From Macrostomum lignano (taxonomy: Eukaryota): a stretch of DNA of 64,000 nucleotides. Made by a program: the position numbers and the translations under genes. Of the stretch, positions 11,401 to 23,719 are shown piece after piece. How positions within the stretch are numbered: position 1 is the stretch's first letter; each line of letters starts with the position of its first letter. A model generated the notes under the pieces. It was not told where the DNA came from and made no database searches. It saw nothing but the letters and a program-made list of their open reading frames with translations. The stretch is from positions 62,001 through 126,000 of the forward strand of contig NIVC01003081.1 of assembly GCA_002269645.1 (NCBI GenBank). Reading direction: 5' to 3'.

Positions 11401-14376
11401 TTCTGCTGCCGTCTCCGGGACTTGGCTGCCGAGGCCGCCTGTTCCTCAGGCATGCTGCCATCTGGGTTCAGGGTTGCCGCTGGCTGGTGGCCGTACTTGC
11501 GCAGGTGCTGCCTCAGCGAGTGGCAGTACTTGCTAGCATATCCGCAGTCCCGGCACCTGTGCTGATAGACATTGGTGTGGGACTTGAGATGCGAGTTGAG
11601 CATGCTGCGGTTCACGCACTGGTAGTTGCATTTGCCGCATTTGTAGGGCTTGGAGCCAAAATGATTGCGGATGTGGTACTCAAGGTGGTGCTTGTACTCG
11701 GTGACGAAGGGGCACTTGGGGCACTGCAGCATCCTGTCGGCCTTGATGTGCGACCTGGCGTGCTCCCAGAAGGCGGTCTTGTCCTCGGCGGTGAAGTCGC
11801 ACTGCTTGCAGCGAAGCACCTTCGGGCAGGAGGCGCGGCCAGTGTAAGTCGGCGGCGGCACCACGCTGTGAAAGTCGCGCACGTGACGACGAAGTCGGCC
11901 GCTTGTGCGACACTTGTAGTCGCATTGGGGGCACTGCTGATCATAGTGGGTGCCCATGTGCTGGCGGAACGTCTCGCGACTCACGCCTGAAGGTTTGTGG
12001 GTTCGTTTGGAGGGCATCTGACTGTCGTGTCTAACAGGTGACTGTCGTGTCTAACAGGTGACTGTCGTGTCTAACAGGTGACTGTCGTGTTTAACAGGTG
12101 AATGTCGTGTCTAACTGGTAACTTTTAAGTCTAACAGATGTGTGACACTGTCTAACAGGTATGTGACATTGTCTAACAGGTGTGTGACACTGTCTAACAG
12201 GTATGTGACACTGTCTAACAGGTATGTGACACTGTCTAACAGATGTGTGACACTGTCTAACGGATGTGTGACACTGTCTAACAGGTGTGTGACACTGTCT
12301 AACAGGTGTGTGACACTGTCTAACAGGAGTGTGACACTGTCTAACAGGTATGTCACACTGTCTAACAGGTGTGTGACACTGTCTAACATGTGTGACACTG
12401 TCCTGTCTAACAGGTGTGTGTCAAGCTGTTTTGCATCCGAAGTAAGGTCCCTTGCTAGTCCATGAACTTAATTTAAGATTTGGATAATTTTCTCGCAAAT
12501 AAGTTTTCCAACCAGCTGAAAACGGATACAAAAGACTGTGACGCAACCAAGGCAAGACTGATGCGGAGAAATCAGCAACAAGGAGCTGCGTGACCAACTG
12601 ACCACTTGATAGACCGGACTGACAGAACCGCTAATTCAATGGGACTCCGCAGCCCTCCCAGCACACTTCACAGACCGCCAGAGCCCTTGTTGGTCGTGGC
12701 AACAGAACATTTTTCGAATCCCGGAAAGTTTTACTCGAAAAGGTTGGTTAAAAAACTGAAATATCCCCGAGAAAGTCAGCCGGCAAATTGAGGATTTCAG
12801 CATTTAGTCACGTTTTGACTTTATTTTTGCCCAGTAAGTTTCAAAGAACAGAAGTTCCTGGTGAAAAGAATCACGTTTTGAAATTCAGGATTCATAATTT
12901 AGTGAACAGCTGTTCAAAAGAATTTCTGGGCATATTGCAGACCCACTAGGGATGTCACAGACTCACTGAGAATTTTGCAGACTTGCTGAGGATTTCACAG
13001 ACTCACTGAGGGATCCAACAGACTCACTGGGGATGTCACAGACTCACTTGGGATGTCACAGACTCACTGGGGATGTCACAGATTCACTGGGGATCCCACA
13101 GACTCTGGGGATTTCACAGATTCACTAGGGATGTCACAGATTCACTGAGGATGTCACAGATTCACTGAGGATGTCACAGACTCACTAGGGATGTCACAGA
13201 TTCACTGAGGATGTCACAGACTCACTGGGGATCACGGATGACGATCACAGCCTCTCTAGGATTACAGATGACGATCACAGACTCTCTGGGATTACGGATG
13301 ATGATGACAATATCCCCCCAGGTCTCACCGGTGTAGTCGCACAGGTGGCAGGCGAAGATCCCGTGAGCATCACCGTCTGCAGTCGCCGCGGCCGCCTCCG
13401 CTTTGCCCACCGCGGCCTCCTGATCCTCGTCCACCTCATCATCGAGGTCGTCAAGATCCTCAACAACCTCGTCTTCTTCCAGCTCGTCAGCAAGTTGATC
13501 CTCCTCGTCAAATTCAAAGTAGGCCACTGATGCGGAAGTCGCCGCTGCATCCGTCGGCTGCTTCGTCTGCTTCGTTGTCTCCGACGACCCGGTTGCCATG
13601 GAAACGCTTGTTGTCGCTGTCGGAGTTTTCGGCGGCGACGAGCCGGACTCGATCGAGAAGGCGGCCAGCTCGACGTCAGCGCTGAACGTCCGCTCTTCGC
13701 ACGAGCGACCTCGTTCTGGTTCGGGGAAATCCTCTCGAGTCTTGGGATCATTTGGTCGCAGCCGGTGCTCCGCATTTTCGTCCGGGTCATCTTGGCACGA
13801 TTCCGAATCTGGCGAAGCGGACTGCGCTGATTGGCTGGCTGTGGTCTGTGATGCAGATGACGTGACAAACGCTGATTGGTTGGTGCAGCGCCTACGAAAA
13901 TATATTGATTGGTAGAAAAAACGATTGGATACGCGTATCGAATAATGGTTAAATTTAGTAGCGAGCATTTCTTACACTTTATTACCGTAGTTTGTCTCAA
14001 TAGAAAAGTAACAATAAAAATCGACTTGATCATCAAAAGCTTACTTATCCGCGACATCGTGACGCAGCTGCCTCGGATAATTTCCATCATCGCGAGTGCT
14101 CTGTCCGTGAGCTAGAAACATGACTTTAGGCGCAGGTGCGGCTAAAGGTGCGGTAGTTCCTATATGCCTTATGATATTTCTGCTAATAACTCTGCAGCTC
14201 ACTCTTCTGCTTTATCTGTCTGCTTCTTTCGTCTCTCCTGTTCTCTCTTTTTCTATCTTTAGCAGAAATTCAAAACCCCGGTGGTCAATCCCCCCCCCAG
14301 TTCTATTTTGCTGGGCTACCGCAACCTCTCCTCTCTCACCGCCGTCAGCTCCTACGCAATCGCCCTCAGACCCCAT
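8492..14376 (-). CDS. hb: Hunchback C2H2 zinc-finger transcription factor, ~658 aa. Exons 14376-14340, 14111-14045, 13891-13329, 11986-11359, 9173-8492
   Basis: Diagnostic middle fingers [88 protein letters not shown] followed by [12 protein letters not shown]-terminal pair [21 protein letters not shown] / [25 protein letters not shown], plus an N-terminal finger pair. Exon lengths 37/67/563/628/682 sum to 1977 nt with matching phases at all four GT-AG junctions. The two small 5' exons are less certain than the finger exons. Confidence 0.95.
9226..11330. repeat. 13-15 bp minisatellite (GAGAGACAGGACT) filling hunchback intron 4
   Basis: About 2.1 kb array between the two finger exons; source of the DRTER/ETGL ORFs. 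Confidence 0.98.
12019..12420. repeat. 20-21 bp minisatellite (GTGTGACACTGTCTAACAGG) at the 3' end of hunchback intron 3
   Basis: About 19 units ending ~30 bp from the acceptor at 11987. Confidence 0.95.
12935..13310. repeat. 20-bp minisatellite (ACTCACTGGGGATGTCACAG) at the 5' end of hunchback intron 3
   Basis: About 18 units; on the transcribed strand many units contain GTGAGT or GTGAAT. Confidence 0.93.
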
Positions 14377-14489
14377 GCGGGGGTGCTGTGACGCAACACT
14401 GGCTGACCAACCAAGCGGGGTTGGGGAGGCAAAACACAGTTTATTGGCCAGCAGTGCAGCGGTTGACTGAACTGCTTCTGGTCTGCTCT

Positions 14490-15470
14490 GGGAGTCTGTC
14501 CTAGTGTCTGTCTCAGTGTCTGTCCTAGTGTCTGTCTCAGTGTCTGTCCTAGTGTCTGTCTCAGTGTCTGTCCTAGTGTCTGTCTCAGTGTCTGTCCTAG
14601 TGTCTGTCTCAGTGTCTGTCCTAGTGTCTGTCCTAGTGCCTGTCCTAGTGTCTGTCCTAGTGTCTGTCCTAGTGTCTGTCTCAGTGTCTGTCCTAGTGTC
14701 TGTCTCAGTGTCTGTCCTAGTGTCTGTCCTAGTGCCTGTCCTAGTGTCTGTCCTAGTGTCTGTCCTAGTGTCTGCCGTAGTGTCTGCCGTAGTGTCTGCC
14801 GTAGTGTCTGCCGTAGTGTCTGCCGTAGTGTCCTTCCTAGTGTCTGTCCTAGTGTCTGTCCTAGTGTCTGTCCTAGTGTCTTTCCTAGTGTCTGTCCTAG
14901 TGTCTGTCCTAGTGTCTGTCCTAGTGTCTGTCCTAGTGTCTGTCCTAGTGTCTGTCCTAGTGTCTGTCCTAGTGTCTGTCTCAGTGTCTGTCTCAGTGTC
15001 TGTCCTAGTGTCTGTCCTAGTGTCTGTCCTAGTGTCTGTCCTAGTGTCTGTAGTATCTGTCCTGTCCTAGTGTCTGTCCTAGTGTCTGTCCTAGTGTCTG
15101 TCCTAGTGTCTGTCCTAGTGTCTGTCCTAGTGTGTGTCCTAGTGTCTGTCCTAGTGTCTATCCTAGTGTCTGTCCTAGTGTGTGTCCTAGTGTGTGTCCT
15201 AGTGTGTGTCCTAGTGTGTGTCCTAGTGTCTGTCCTAGTGTGTGTCCTAGTGTCTGTCCTAGTGTCTGTCCTAGTGTCTGTCCTAGTGTCTGTCCTAGTG
15301 TCTATCCTAGTGTCTGTCCTAGTGTGTGTCCTAGTGTCTATCCTAGTGTCTGTCCTAGTGTGTGTCCTAGTGTGTGTCCTAGTGTGTGTCCTAGTGTGTG
15401 TCCTAGTGTCTGTCCTAGTGTGTGTCCTAGTGTCTGTCCTAGTGTCTGTCCTAGTGTCTGTCTTAGTGTC
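14490..15470. repeat. 12-bp satellite (GTGTCTGTCCTA/GTGTCTGTCTCA)
   Basis: About 80 units; same family as 18325-21856 and 23195-23370. Confidence 0.98.
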
Positions 15471-16084
15471 TGCCTGCGCTGGCATCTGTGCCTATCAGAC
15501 AAGCTGTGTGCAGGCCAGAAATGAAACTGAGAGAAAAAAAAATTCTTTTGCAGTTTTTACTTCTTTTTCATCAATTGCAAATAAAAAATGAAGTCCTTGC
15601 GGACGTGGATGTTCTGTGCGCATTGCGCAACAGAATTATTTAAGAACGGGGAACAGGATTGCGAAATCCTCAACGTCTCAATGGCCTCATCTTTTGTCTT
15701 AGATTTCAATTTTGCTTCTAAATTTTCATACACAGTTTTTTATTACGGGGGAAATTCGTTGACGCAAAAAAGTGGAGGAAAGAATGACAGAGAGGCTCTG
15801 ATTGATTGATCAGTGTTGTTGCGACACACCTTGCCATGTCTGTTGAGCAATCAGCACCCCATGCTGTCTGTTTAATAACTGCGATAGAATTTCTCTCGAG
15901 TCTAGAAGCATTTCACAGTTTAATTAAATCTTTTAACGGTGGGCAATTTTTTATTTAATCAATTTTTTCCTGTTGCTTAAATAGACTTGGGTCCGCTGTG
16001 CTGTTGCGTAATTGAATTGTAAAACGTGAAAAATCTATAGTTTGTTAAAGGTTTATTTTGAGTGAGTTGAGTGCTTAACATAGG

Positions 16085-16740
16085 AAAGGACAGAGGGGGA
16101 GAGCGGGAGGGAGAGGAGGAGAGAGCGGAAAGAAGAGAAGGGGAGAGCGGAAAGAAGAGAAGGGGAGAGCGGAAAGAAGAGAAGGAGAGAGCGGAAAGAA
16201 GAGAAGGAGAGGGCGGAAAGAAGAGAAGGAGAGAGCGGAAAGAAGACAAGAGAGAGCGGAAAGAAGAGAAGGACGGAGCGGAAAGAAGAGAAGGAGAGAG
16301 CGGAAAGAAGAGAAGGAGAGAGCGGAAAGAAGAGAAGGAGAGAGCGGAAAGAAGAGAAGGAGAGAGCGGAAAGAAGAGAAGGAGAGAGCGGAAAGAAGAG
16401 AAGGAGAGAGCGGAAAGAAGACAAGAGAGAGCGGAAAGAAGAGAAGGACGGAGCGGAAAGAAGAGAAGGAGAGAGCGGAAAGAAGAGAAGGAGAGAGCGG
16501 AAAGAAGAGAAGGAGAGAGCGGAAAGAAGAGAAGGAGAGAGCGGAAAGAAGAGAAGGAGAGAGCGGAAAGAAGAGAAGGAGAGAGTGGAAAGAAGAGAGG
16601 AGAGAGCGGAAAGAAGAGAAGGAGAGAGCGGAAAGAAGAGAAGGAGAGAGCGGAAAGAAGAGAAGAGAGAGCGGAAAGAAGAGAGGAGAGAGCGGAAAGA
16701 AGAGAGGAGAGAGCGAAAAGAAGAGAGGGAGAGAGCGGGC
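16085..16740. repeat. 21-bp polypurine minisatellite (GAGAGCGGAAAGAAGAGAAGG)
   Basis: About 30 tandem units. Confidence 0.96.
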
Positions 16741-17361
16741 AGCGGTAACCCCTGCAGAACAGGTGCCTCAGCAGCACGCACCTTCTTATCAGATCTCAGC
16801 GCAACCACTTGTAAACAGTTGCTTTAAAGAAGTTTGCAAAGCCACCCAACCATGGGCGCCTAGCGGTCTTACAAACTTGAAGCTGGACACCCTGACTAAC
16901 TTTTACGCAACACAATTGCTGATGAAGCTGACTCGAGGAGCCTGGATAGATTGGGGGGGGAAGACAGACCCCCCGCAGAATGACGTTTGAAAATTTTCAG
17001 TTCTGTCCTTCAGCCACTTGTAATCAGGCAATAAATCATTCAGTTTGCGCAATGCAGGTTGCCAAGCGACTGTGCTGTTGCGTCATCAGAATACTCTCTG
17101 GTTTCGACTTTCGACTTTCGCTGTAAACAGGGCAATGAGTGAAACAATTAATTTTATCGCACTTATTTTTAATTATTTATATAACTATTTCCACCTGTCC
17201 AGATTAATTAGATCTTTTCAAACAGTTGCGGTTTTAAGACACCTGCAGCTTTTCAACTGCTATATTTCTAGCCCAAAATTTCCCGGAATGAACCGCGTAT
17301 TGCATGGAAAACTTGCACTGCACACCTTGACCTTTGGGTTTGATAATTATCACATTGAATT

Positions 17362-17800
17362 TATCTACTCTCAGCTGTCTACTTATCTACCCTCAGTTGT
17401 CTACTTATCTACCCTCAGCTGTTTACTTATCTACCCTCAGTTGTCTATTTATCTACCCTCAGTTGTCTATTTATCTACCCTCAGCTGTTTACTTATCTAC
17501 CCTCAGTTGTCTATTTATCTACCCTCAGCTGTTTACTTATCTACCCTCAGTTGTCTACTTATCTACCCTCAGCTGTCTATTTATCTACCCTCAGTTGTTT
17601 ATTTATCTACCCTCAGTTGTCTATTTATCTACCCTCAGTTGTCTATTTATCTACCCTCAGCTGTCTACTTATCTACCCTCAGTTGTCTATTTATCTACCC
17701 TCAGCTGTCTACTTATCTACCCTCAGCTGTCTATTTATCTACCCTCAGCTGTCTACTTATCTACCCTAAATTGTCTACTTATCTACCCTCAGCTGTCTAT
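17362..17800. repeat. 22-bp minisatellite (CTACCCTCAGTTGTCTATTTAT)
   Basis: About 20 tandem units. Confidence 0.96.
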
Positions 17801-18324
17801 GCATCCCCCGAATAGCTATCTACTCACACTGTCTAGAGCTCTTTCATACAACCTTCGAATGTCTTCTAGCTGACCTTCAGACTGAACTGCAGTCTGTTTT
17901 AACCGACAAACAATGTAAAAATGAATGACAAAAAATTCTCGAAAAAAGGCTGCCAGACCACCAAAAGGCTCGTAAAATTACAGGCCGAAGCGCGTCAAAC
18001 CGAGTTCGTTTTTGGTTTTAGCAGTTTCAGCCGCCTCAGAATTTTTTTCCGAACAATTCGAATACTGCTTCGAGTCGAGCTCGCTATTACGTAATCGAAT
18101 GCTGGATACGAGAGACTCGGTATGAGACAGAAACAACAACGAAGAAATGAAGATTAAGTCTGGCAAGTGTCCGACCGCGCGAGAAGGGCCGCGGCTGCGC
18201 CAGGGACTACTATAAAAAGCAATCTTGATGCTGGACTGGAAACCCGAAAATTTAGAAAAAAAAGGTGGACTATTGCGCGCTTATATATCTTTCATAGCAT
18301 TAGCTTGTGTCTGTGCGTGTGTCA

Positions 18325-21300
18325 TGGTGTCTGTCTTTATGTCTGCTAGTGTCAGTCTTAGTGTTTCCTATAGTGTCTGTCCTAGTGCCTGTCTTTATGT
18401 CTGCTAGTGTCAGTCTTAGTGTTTCCTATAGTGTCTGTCCCAGTGTCTGTCTTTATGTCTGCTAGTGTCAGTCTTAGTGTTTCCTATAGTGTCTGTCCCA
18501 GTGTCTGTCTCATTGTCTTTATCAGTGTCTGTCTCAGTGTCTGTCTCTGTGTCTGTCTCAGTGTCTGTCTTAGTGTCTGTCTCAGTGTCTGTCTCAGTGT
18601 CTGTCTCAGTGTCTGTCTTAGTGTCTGTCTCAGTGTCTGTCTCATTGTCTGTCTCATTGTCTTTATCAGTGTCTCTCTCAGTGTCTGTCTCAGTGTCTGT
18701 CTCAGTGTCTGTCCTAGTGTCTGTCCTAGTGTCTGTCCTAGTGTCTGTCCTAGTGTCTGTCCTAGTGTCTGTCCTAGTGTCTGTCTCAGTGTCTGTCTCA
18801 GTGTCTGCCCTAGTGTCTGTCCTAGTGTCTGTCCTAGTGTCTGTCCTAGTGTCTGTCCTAGTGTCTGTCCTAGTGTCTGTCCTAGTGTCTGTCTCAGTGT
18901 CTGTCCCAGTGTCTGTCCTAGTGTCTGTCCTAGTGTCTGTCCTAGTGTCTGTCCTAGTGTCTGTCCTAGTGTCTGTCCTAGTGTCTGTCCTAGTGTCTGT
19001 CCTAGTGTCTGTCCTAGTGTCTGTCTCAGTGCCTGTCCCAGTGTCTTTATCAGTGTCTCTCTCAGTGTCTGTCTCAGTGTCTGTCTTAGTGTCTGTCTCA
19101 TTGTCTGTCTCAGTGCCTGTCTCATTGTCTTTATCAGTGCCTGTCCCAGTGTCTTTATCAGTGCCTGTCCCAGTGTCTTTATCAGTGTCTGTCTCAGTGT
19201 CTTTATCAGTGTCTGTTTCAGTGTCTTTATCAGTGTCTTTCTCAGTGTCTGTCTCAGTGTCTGTCTCAGTGTCTGTCTCAGTGTCTGTCTCAGTGTCTGT
19301 CTCAGTGTCTGTCTCAGTGTCTGTCTCAGTGTCTGTCTTAGTGTCTCTCTCAGTGTCTGTCTCAGTGTCTGTCTTAGTGTCTGTCTCATTGTCTGTCTCA
19401 GTGCCTGTCTCATTGTCTTTATCAGTGCCTGTCCCAGTGTCTTTATCAGTGCCTGTCCCAGTGTCTTTATCAGTGCCTGTCTCAGTGTCTTTATCAGTGT
19501 CTGTTTCAGTGTCTTTATCAGTGTCTTTCTCAGTGTCTGTCTCAGTGTCTGTCTCAGTGTCTGTCTCAGTGTCTGTCTCAGTGTCTGTCTCAGTGTCTGT
19601 CTCAGTGTCTGTCTCAGTGTCTGTCTTAGTGTCTGTCTTAGTGTCTGTCTTAGTGTCTGTCTCAGTGTCTGTCTCAGTGTCTGTCTCAGTGTCTGTCTCA
19701 GTGTCTGTCTTAGTGTCTGTCTTAGTGTCTGTCTTAGTGTCTGTCTCAGTGTCTGTCTCAGTGTCTGTCTTAGTGTCTGTCTCAGTGTCTCTCTCAGTGT
19801 CTGTCTCAGTGTCTGTCTTAGTGTCTGTCTCATTGTCTTTATCAGTGTCTCTCTCAGTGTCTGTCTCAGTGTCTGTCTTAGTGTCTGTCTCATTGTCTTT
19901 ATCAGTGTCTCTCTCAGTGTCTGTCTCAGTGTCTGTCTCAGTGTCTGTCTCAGTGTCTGTCTCAGTGTCTGTCTCAGTGTCTGCCTCAGTGTCTGTCTCA
20001 GTGTCTGTCTCAGTGTCTGTCTCAGTGTCTGTCTCAGTGTCTGTCTCAGTGTCTTCATCAGTGTCTGTCTCAGTGTCTGTCTCAGTGTCTGTCTCAGTGT
20101 CTGTCTCATTGTCTGCCTCAGTGTCTGTCTCAGTGTCTGTCTCAGTGTCTGTCTCAGTGTCTGTCTCAGTGTCTGTCTCAGTGTCTGCCTCAGTGTCTGC
20201 CTCAGTGTCTGTCTCAGTGTCTGTCTCAGTGTCTGTCTCAGTGTCTGTCTCAGTGTCTGCCTCAGTGTCTGTCTCAGTGTCTGTCTCATTGTCTTCATCA
20301 GTGTCTGTCTCAGTGTCTGTCTCAGTGTCTGTCTCAGTGTCTGCCTCAGTGTCTGTCTCAGTGTCTGTCTCAGTGTCTGTCTCCGTGTCTGTCTCAGTGT
20401 CTGTCTCAGTGTCTGTCTCAGTGTCTGTCTCATTGTCTGCCTCAGTGTCTGTCTCAGTGTCTGCCTCAGTGTCTGTCTCAGTGTCTGTCTCTGTGTCTGT
20501 CTCAGTGTCTGTCTCATTGTCTTCATCAGTGTCTGTCTCAGTGTCTGTCTCAGTGTCTGTCTCATTGTCTTCATCAGTGTCTGTCTCATTGTCTTCATCA
20601 GTGTCTGTCTCAGTGTCTGTCTCAGTGTCTGTCTCATTGTCTTCATCAGTGTCTGTCTCAGTGTCTGTCTCAGTGTCTGTCTCAGTGTCTGTCTCATTGT
20701 CTTCATCAGTGTCTGTCTCAGTGTCTGTCTCAGTGTCTGTCTCATTGTCTTCATCAGTGTCTGTCTCAGTGTCTGTCTCAGTGTCTGTCTCATTGTCTTC
20801 ATCAGTGTCTGTCTCAGTGTCTGTCTCAGTGTCTGTCTCAGTGTCTGTCTCAGTGTCTGTCTCAGTGTCTGTCTCAGTGTCTGTCTCAGTGTCTGTCTCA
20901 TTGTCTTCATCAGTGTCTGTCTCAGTGTCTGTCTCAGTGTCTGTCTCAGTGTCTGTCTCAGTGTCTGTCTCAGTGTCTGTCTCATTGTCTGCCTCAGTGT
21001 CTGTCTCAGTGTCTGTCTCAGTGTCTGTCTCAGTGTCTGTCTCAGTGTCTGTCTCAGTGTCTGTCTCAGTGTCTGTCTCAGTGCCTGTCTCAGTGTCTGT
21101 CTCAGTGTCTGTCTCAGTGTCTGTCTCAGTGTCTGTCTCAGTGTCTGTCTCAGTGTCTGTCTCATTGTCTGCCTCAGTGTCTGTCTCAGTGTCTGTCTCA
21201 GTGTCTGTCTCAGTGTCTGTCTCAGTGTCTGTCTCATTGTCTGTCTCATTGTCTTCATCAGTGTCTGTCTCAGTGTCTGTCTCTGTCTGTCTCATTGTCT

Positions 21301-21856
21301 GCCTCAGTGTCTGTCTCAGTGTCTGTCTCAGTGTCTGTCTCATTGTCTGCCTCAGTGTCTGTCTCAGTGTCTGTCTCAGTGTCTGTCTCAGTGTCTGTCT
21401 CATTGTCTGCCTCAGTGTCTGTCTCAGTGTCTGTCTCAGTGTCTGTCTCAGTGTCTGTCTCAGTGTCTGTCTCAGTGTCTGTCTCAGTGTCTGTCTCAGT
21501 GCCTGTCTCAGTGTCTGTCTCAGTGTCTGTCTCAGTGTCTGTCTCAGTGTCTGTCTCAGTGTCTGTCTCAGTGTCTGTCTCATTGTCTGCCTCAGTGTCT
21601 GTCTCAGTGTCTGTCTCAGTGTCTGTCTCAGTGTCTGTCTCAGTGTCTGTCTCATTGTCTGTCTCATTGTCTTCATCAGTGTCTGTCTCAGTGTCTGTCT
21701 CTGTCTGTCTCATTGTCTGCCTCAGTGTCTGTCTCAGTGTCTGTCTCAGTGTCTGTCTCATTGTCTGCCTCAGTGTCTGTCTCAGTGTCTGTCTCAGTGT
21801 CTGTCTCAGTGTCTGTCTCAGTGTCTGTCTCAGTGCCTGTCTCAGTGTCTTTCTGT
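18325..21856. repeat. 3.5-kb 12-bp satellite (GTGTCTGTCTCA with CCTA/TTTATCA/CTTCATCA/ATTG variants)
   Basis: About 290 units in variant blocks; the 12-bp stop-free unit explains the 924-1240 aa pseudo-ORFs. Confidence 0.99.
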
Positions 21857-22623
21857 CCATCAGTGCTGAAGTTTCGGGGTCCCCAAATGCATTTCAAAGC
21901 AAAGTTACTGAGCTTCCAAAGAAATAGTCACATCTGGATAATAGTAACGAAAAACAGCCCAGTCCAGGTTAAAGTTTCAGGAGTCCATGAACTGCCTGTA
22001 AATTTTTTACATTTCCATGAATTTTGTAACAAATCTACGTCAGGAGCAAGAGGTGGAGGGGTCAACAGGTGCAGCAGGTTTAGGCGGGAGCTTCTGTTTA
22101 TTATAGCAACACAAACAGCTCCTTTCTAAAGCTTCTTTTTGCAGACCTGCTCAACGGCTCTCGAGGCTGATGCAGATCATGCTGTACAATCACAATGTAT
22201 TTTCAAGTCAAGCTGTATAGGGTTCAAGATTGCGTAATATACGATAATATACGACTTCTGCACCTCACGCGCTATCTGTCTGCGTTTTGTTATCTCGCCT
22301 GCGCACGTGATTCATGCTTGAAAGCCGTGGTTAGCCCAATGTGTTTACGACGGAATGTTTTTCTGGAGGTTTAGTACTTTCTGGCGCCACCAGCGCTTGC
22401 AAAGCCATAGACAAAACGCATAGTAAACAGGTGACTGCCTCTTAAGTCCCAATGCCAATGGGGACACTTCGGTTGCTAAGCGGAACAAAGCTTGGTGACA
22501 TGTTGAGCGAGGGCTCCGCAGCCCCACACTGCGATGATGCAATCGAGGACAGCTCTCTCCGCGATATTCGGACAGCTGACAGCTATGATTGTAGAACCTG
22601 TTCGTTTGTAAATATTCCTGGTG

Positions 22624-22624
<1 letters not shown>

Positions 22625-22666
<42 letters not shown>

Positions 22667-22674
22667 GCCTGTCC

Positions 22675-22726
<52 letters not shown>

Positions 22727-22754
22727 GGTCTTTCTGTCTGTCTGTCTGTCTGTG

Positions 22755-22831
<77 letters not shown>

Positions 22832-22852
22832 GGTCTGTCTGTCTGTCTGTCA

Positions 22853-22896
<44 letters not shown>

Positions 22897-22958
22897 GGTC
22901 TGTCTGTATGTCAGTCTGTCTGTCCGTCTGTCTGTCTCTGTCTGCCTGTCTGTCTGTC

Positions 22959-22995
<37 letters not shown>

Positions 22996-23039
22996 GTCTG
23001 TCTGTCTGTCTGCCTGTCTGTCTGTCTGTCTGTCTATCG

Positions 23040-23087
<48 letters not shown>

Positions 23088-23153
23088 GCCTGCCTGTCTG
23101 TCTGTCTGTCTGTCTGTCTGTCTGGTCTGTCTGTCTGTCTGTCTGTCTGTCTG

Positions 23154-23191
<38 letters not shown>

Positions 23192-23370
23192 ATGTCCCAG
23201 TGTATGTCCTAGTGTCTGTCTTAGTGTCTGTTTTAGTGTCTGTCCTAGTGTCTGTCCTAGTGTCTGTCTTAGTGCCTGTCTTACATCTCTCCTAGTGTCT
23301 GTCCTAGTGTATATCCTAGTGTCTGTCTTAGTGCCTGTCTTACATCTCTCCTAGTGTCTGTCCTAGTGTC
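22625..23370. repeat. (TCTG)n microsatellite grading into the 12-bp GTGTCTGTCCTA satellite
   Basis: TCTG array to about 23190, then 12-bp units. Confidence 0.96.
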
Positions 23371-23719
23371 TCAAATAATTGAAAAATACTGAGAAATGGA
23401 AAAGCCAAAAACGCACACCCTAGAACACTAGTGACGGGAGAACAAAGAGCTGCTATTTGACGGGACGTGCTCGCGGAGCCACGAAAAACCTCACCGCCTC
23501 CGCCGCCCCGCCCTCCTAGCTCGGTTCGAAAATAATTGGGATTAGCTGAGGGGTAGGGCGTCGTGAAGCAAAAGACGCCTCTCAGTGCAGCGCAATGACC
23601 CAATACAGTTATATTTATGCTTTAGTAGACTGGACAGGCCACAGAATAGCATAGGCTGGAGAGGATGTGGAATATTTCCATTTGTGACTGCTCATGGGAA
23701 ACTGTTGGGTCTTTGGCAT

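Noticed and set aside
11987-12017. ATG at 12017 as the hunchback start
   Set aside because: The upstream exon ends in phase 1 within a zinc finger (CDYT-G) and joins the acceptor at 11987 to complete the finger, so the ORF-track start is intronic.
18407-22129. ORFs of 924-1240 aa on both strands
   Set aside because: Translations of a stop-free 12-bp satellite (SVCL/TDTE/RQTL); open in several frames at once, with no domain content.
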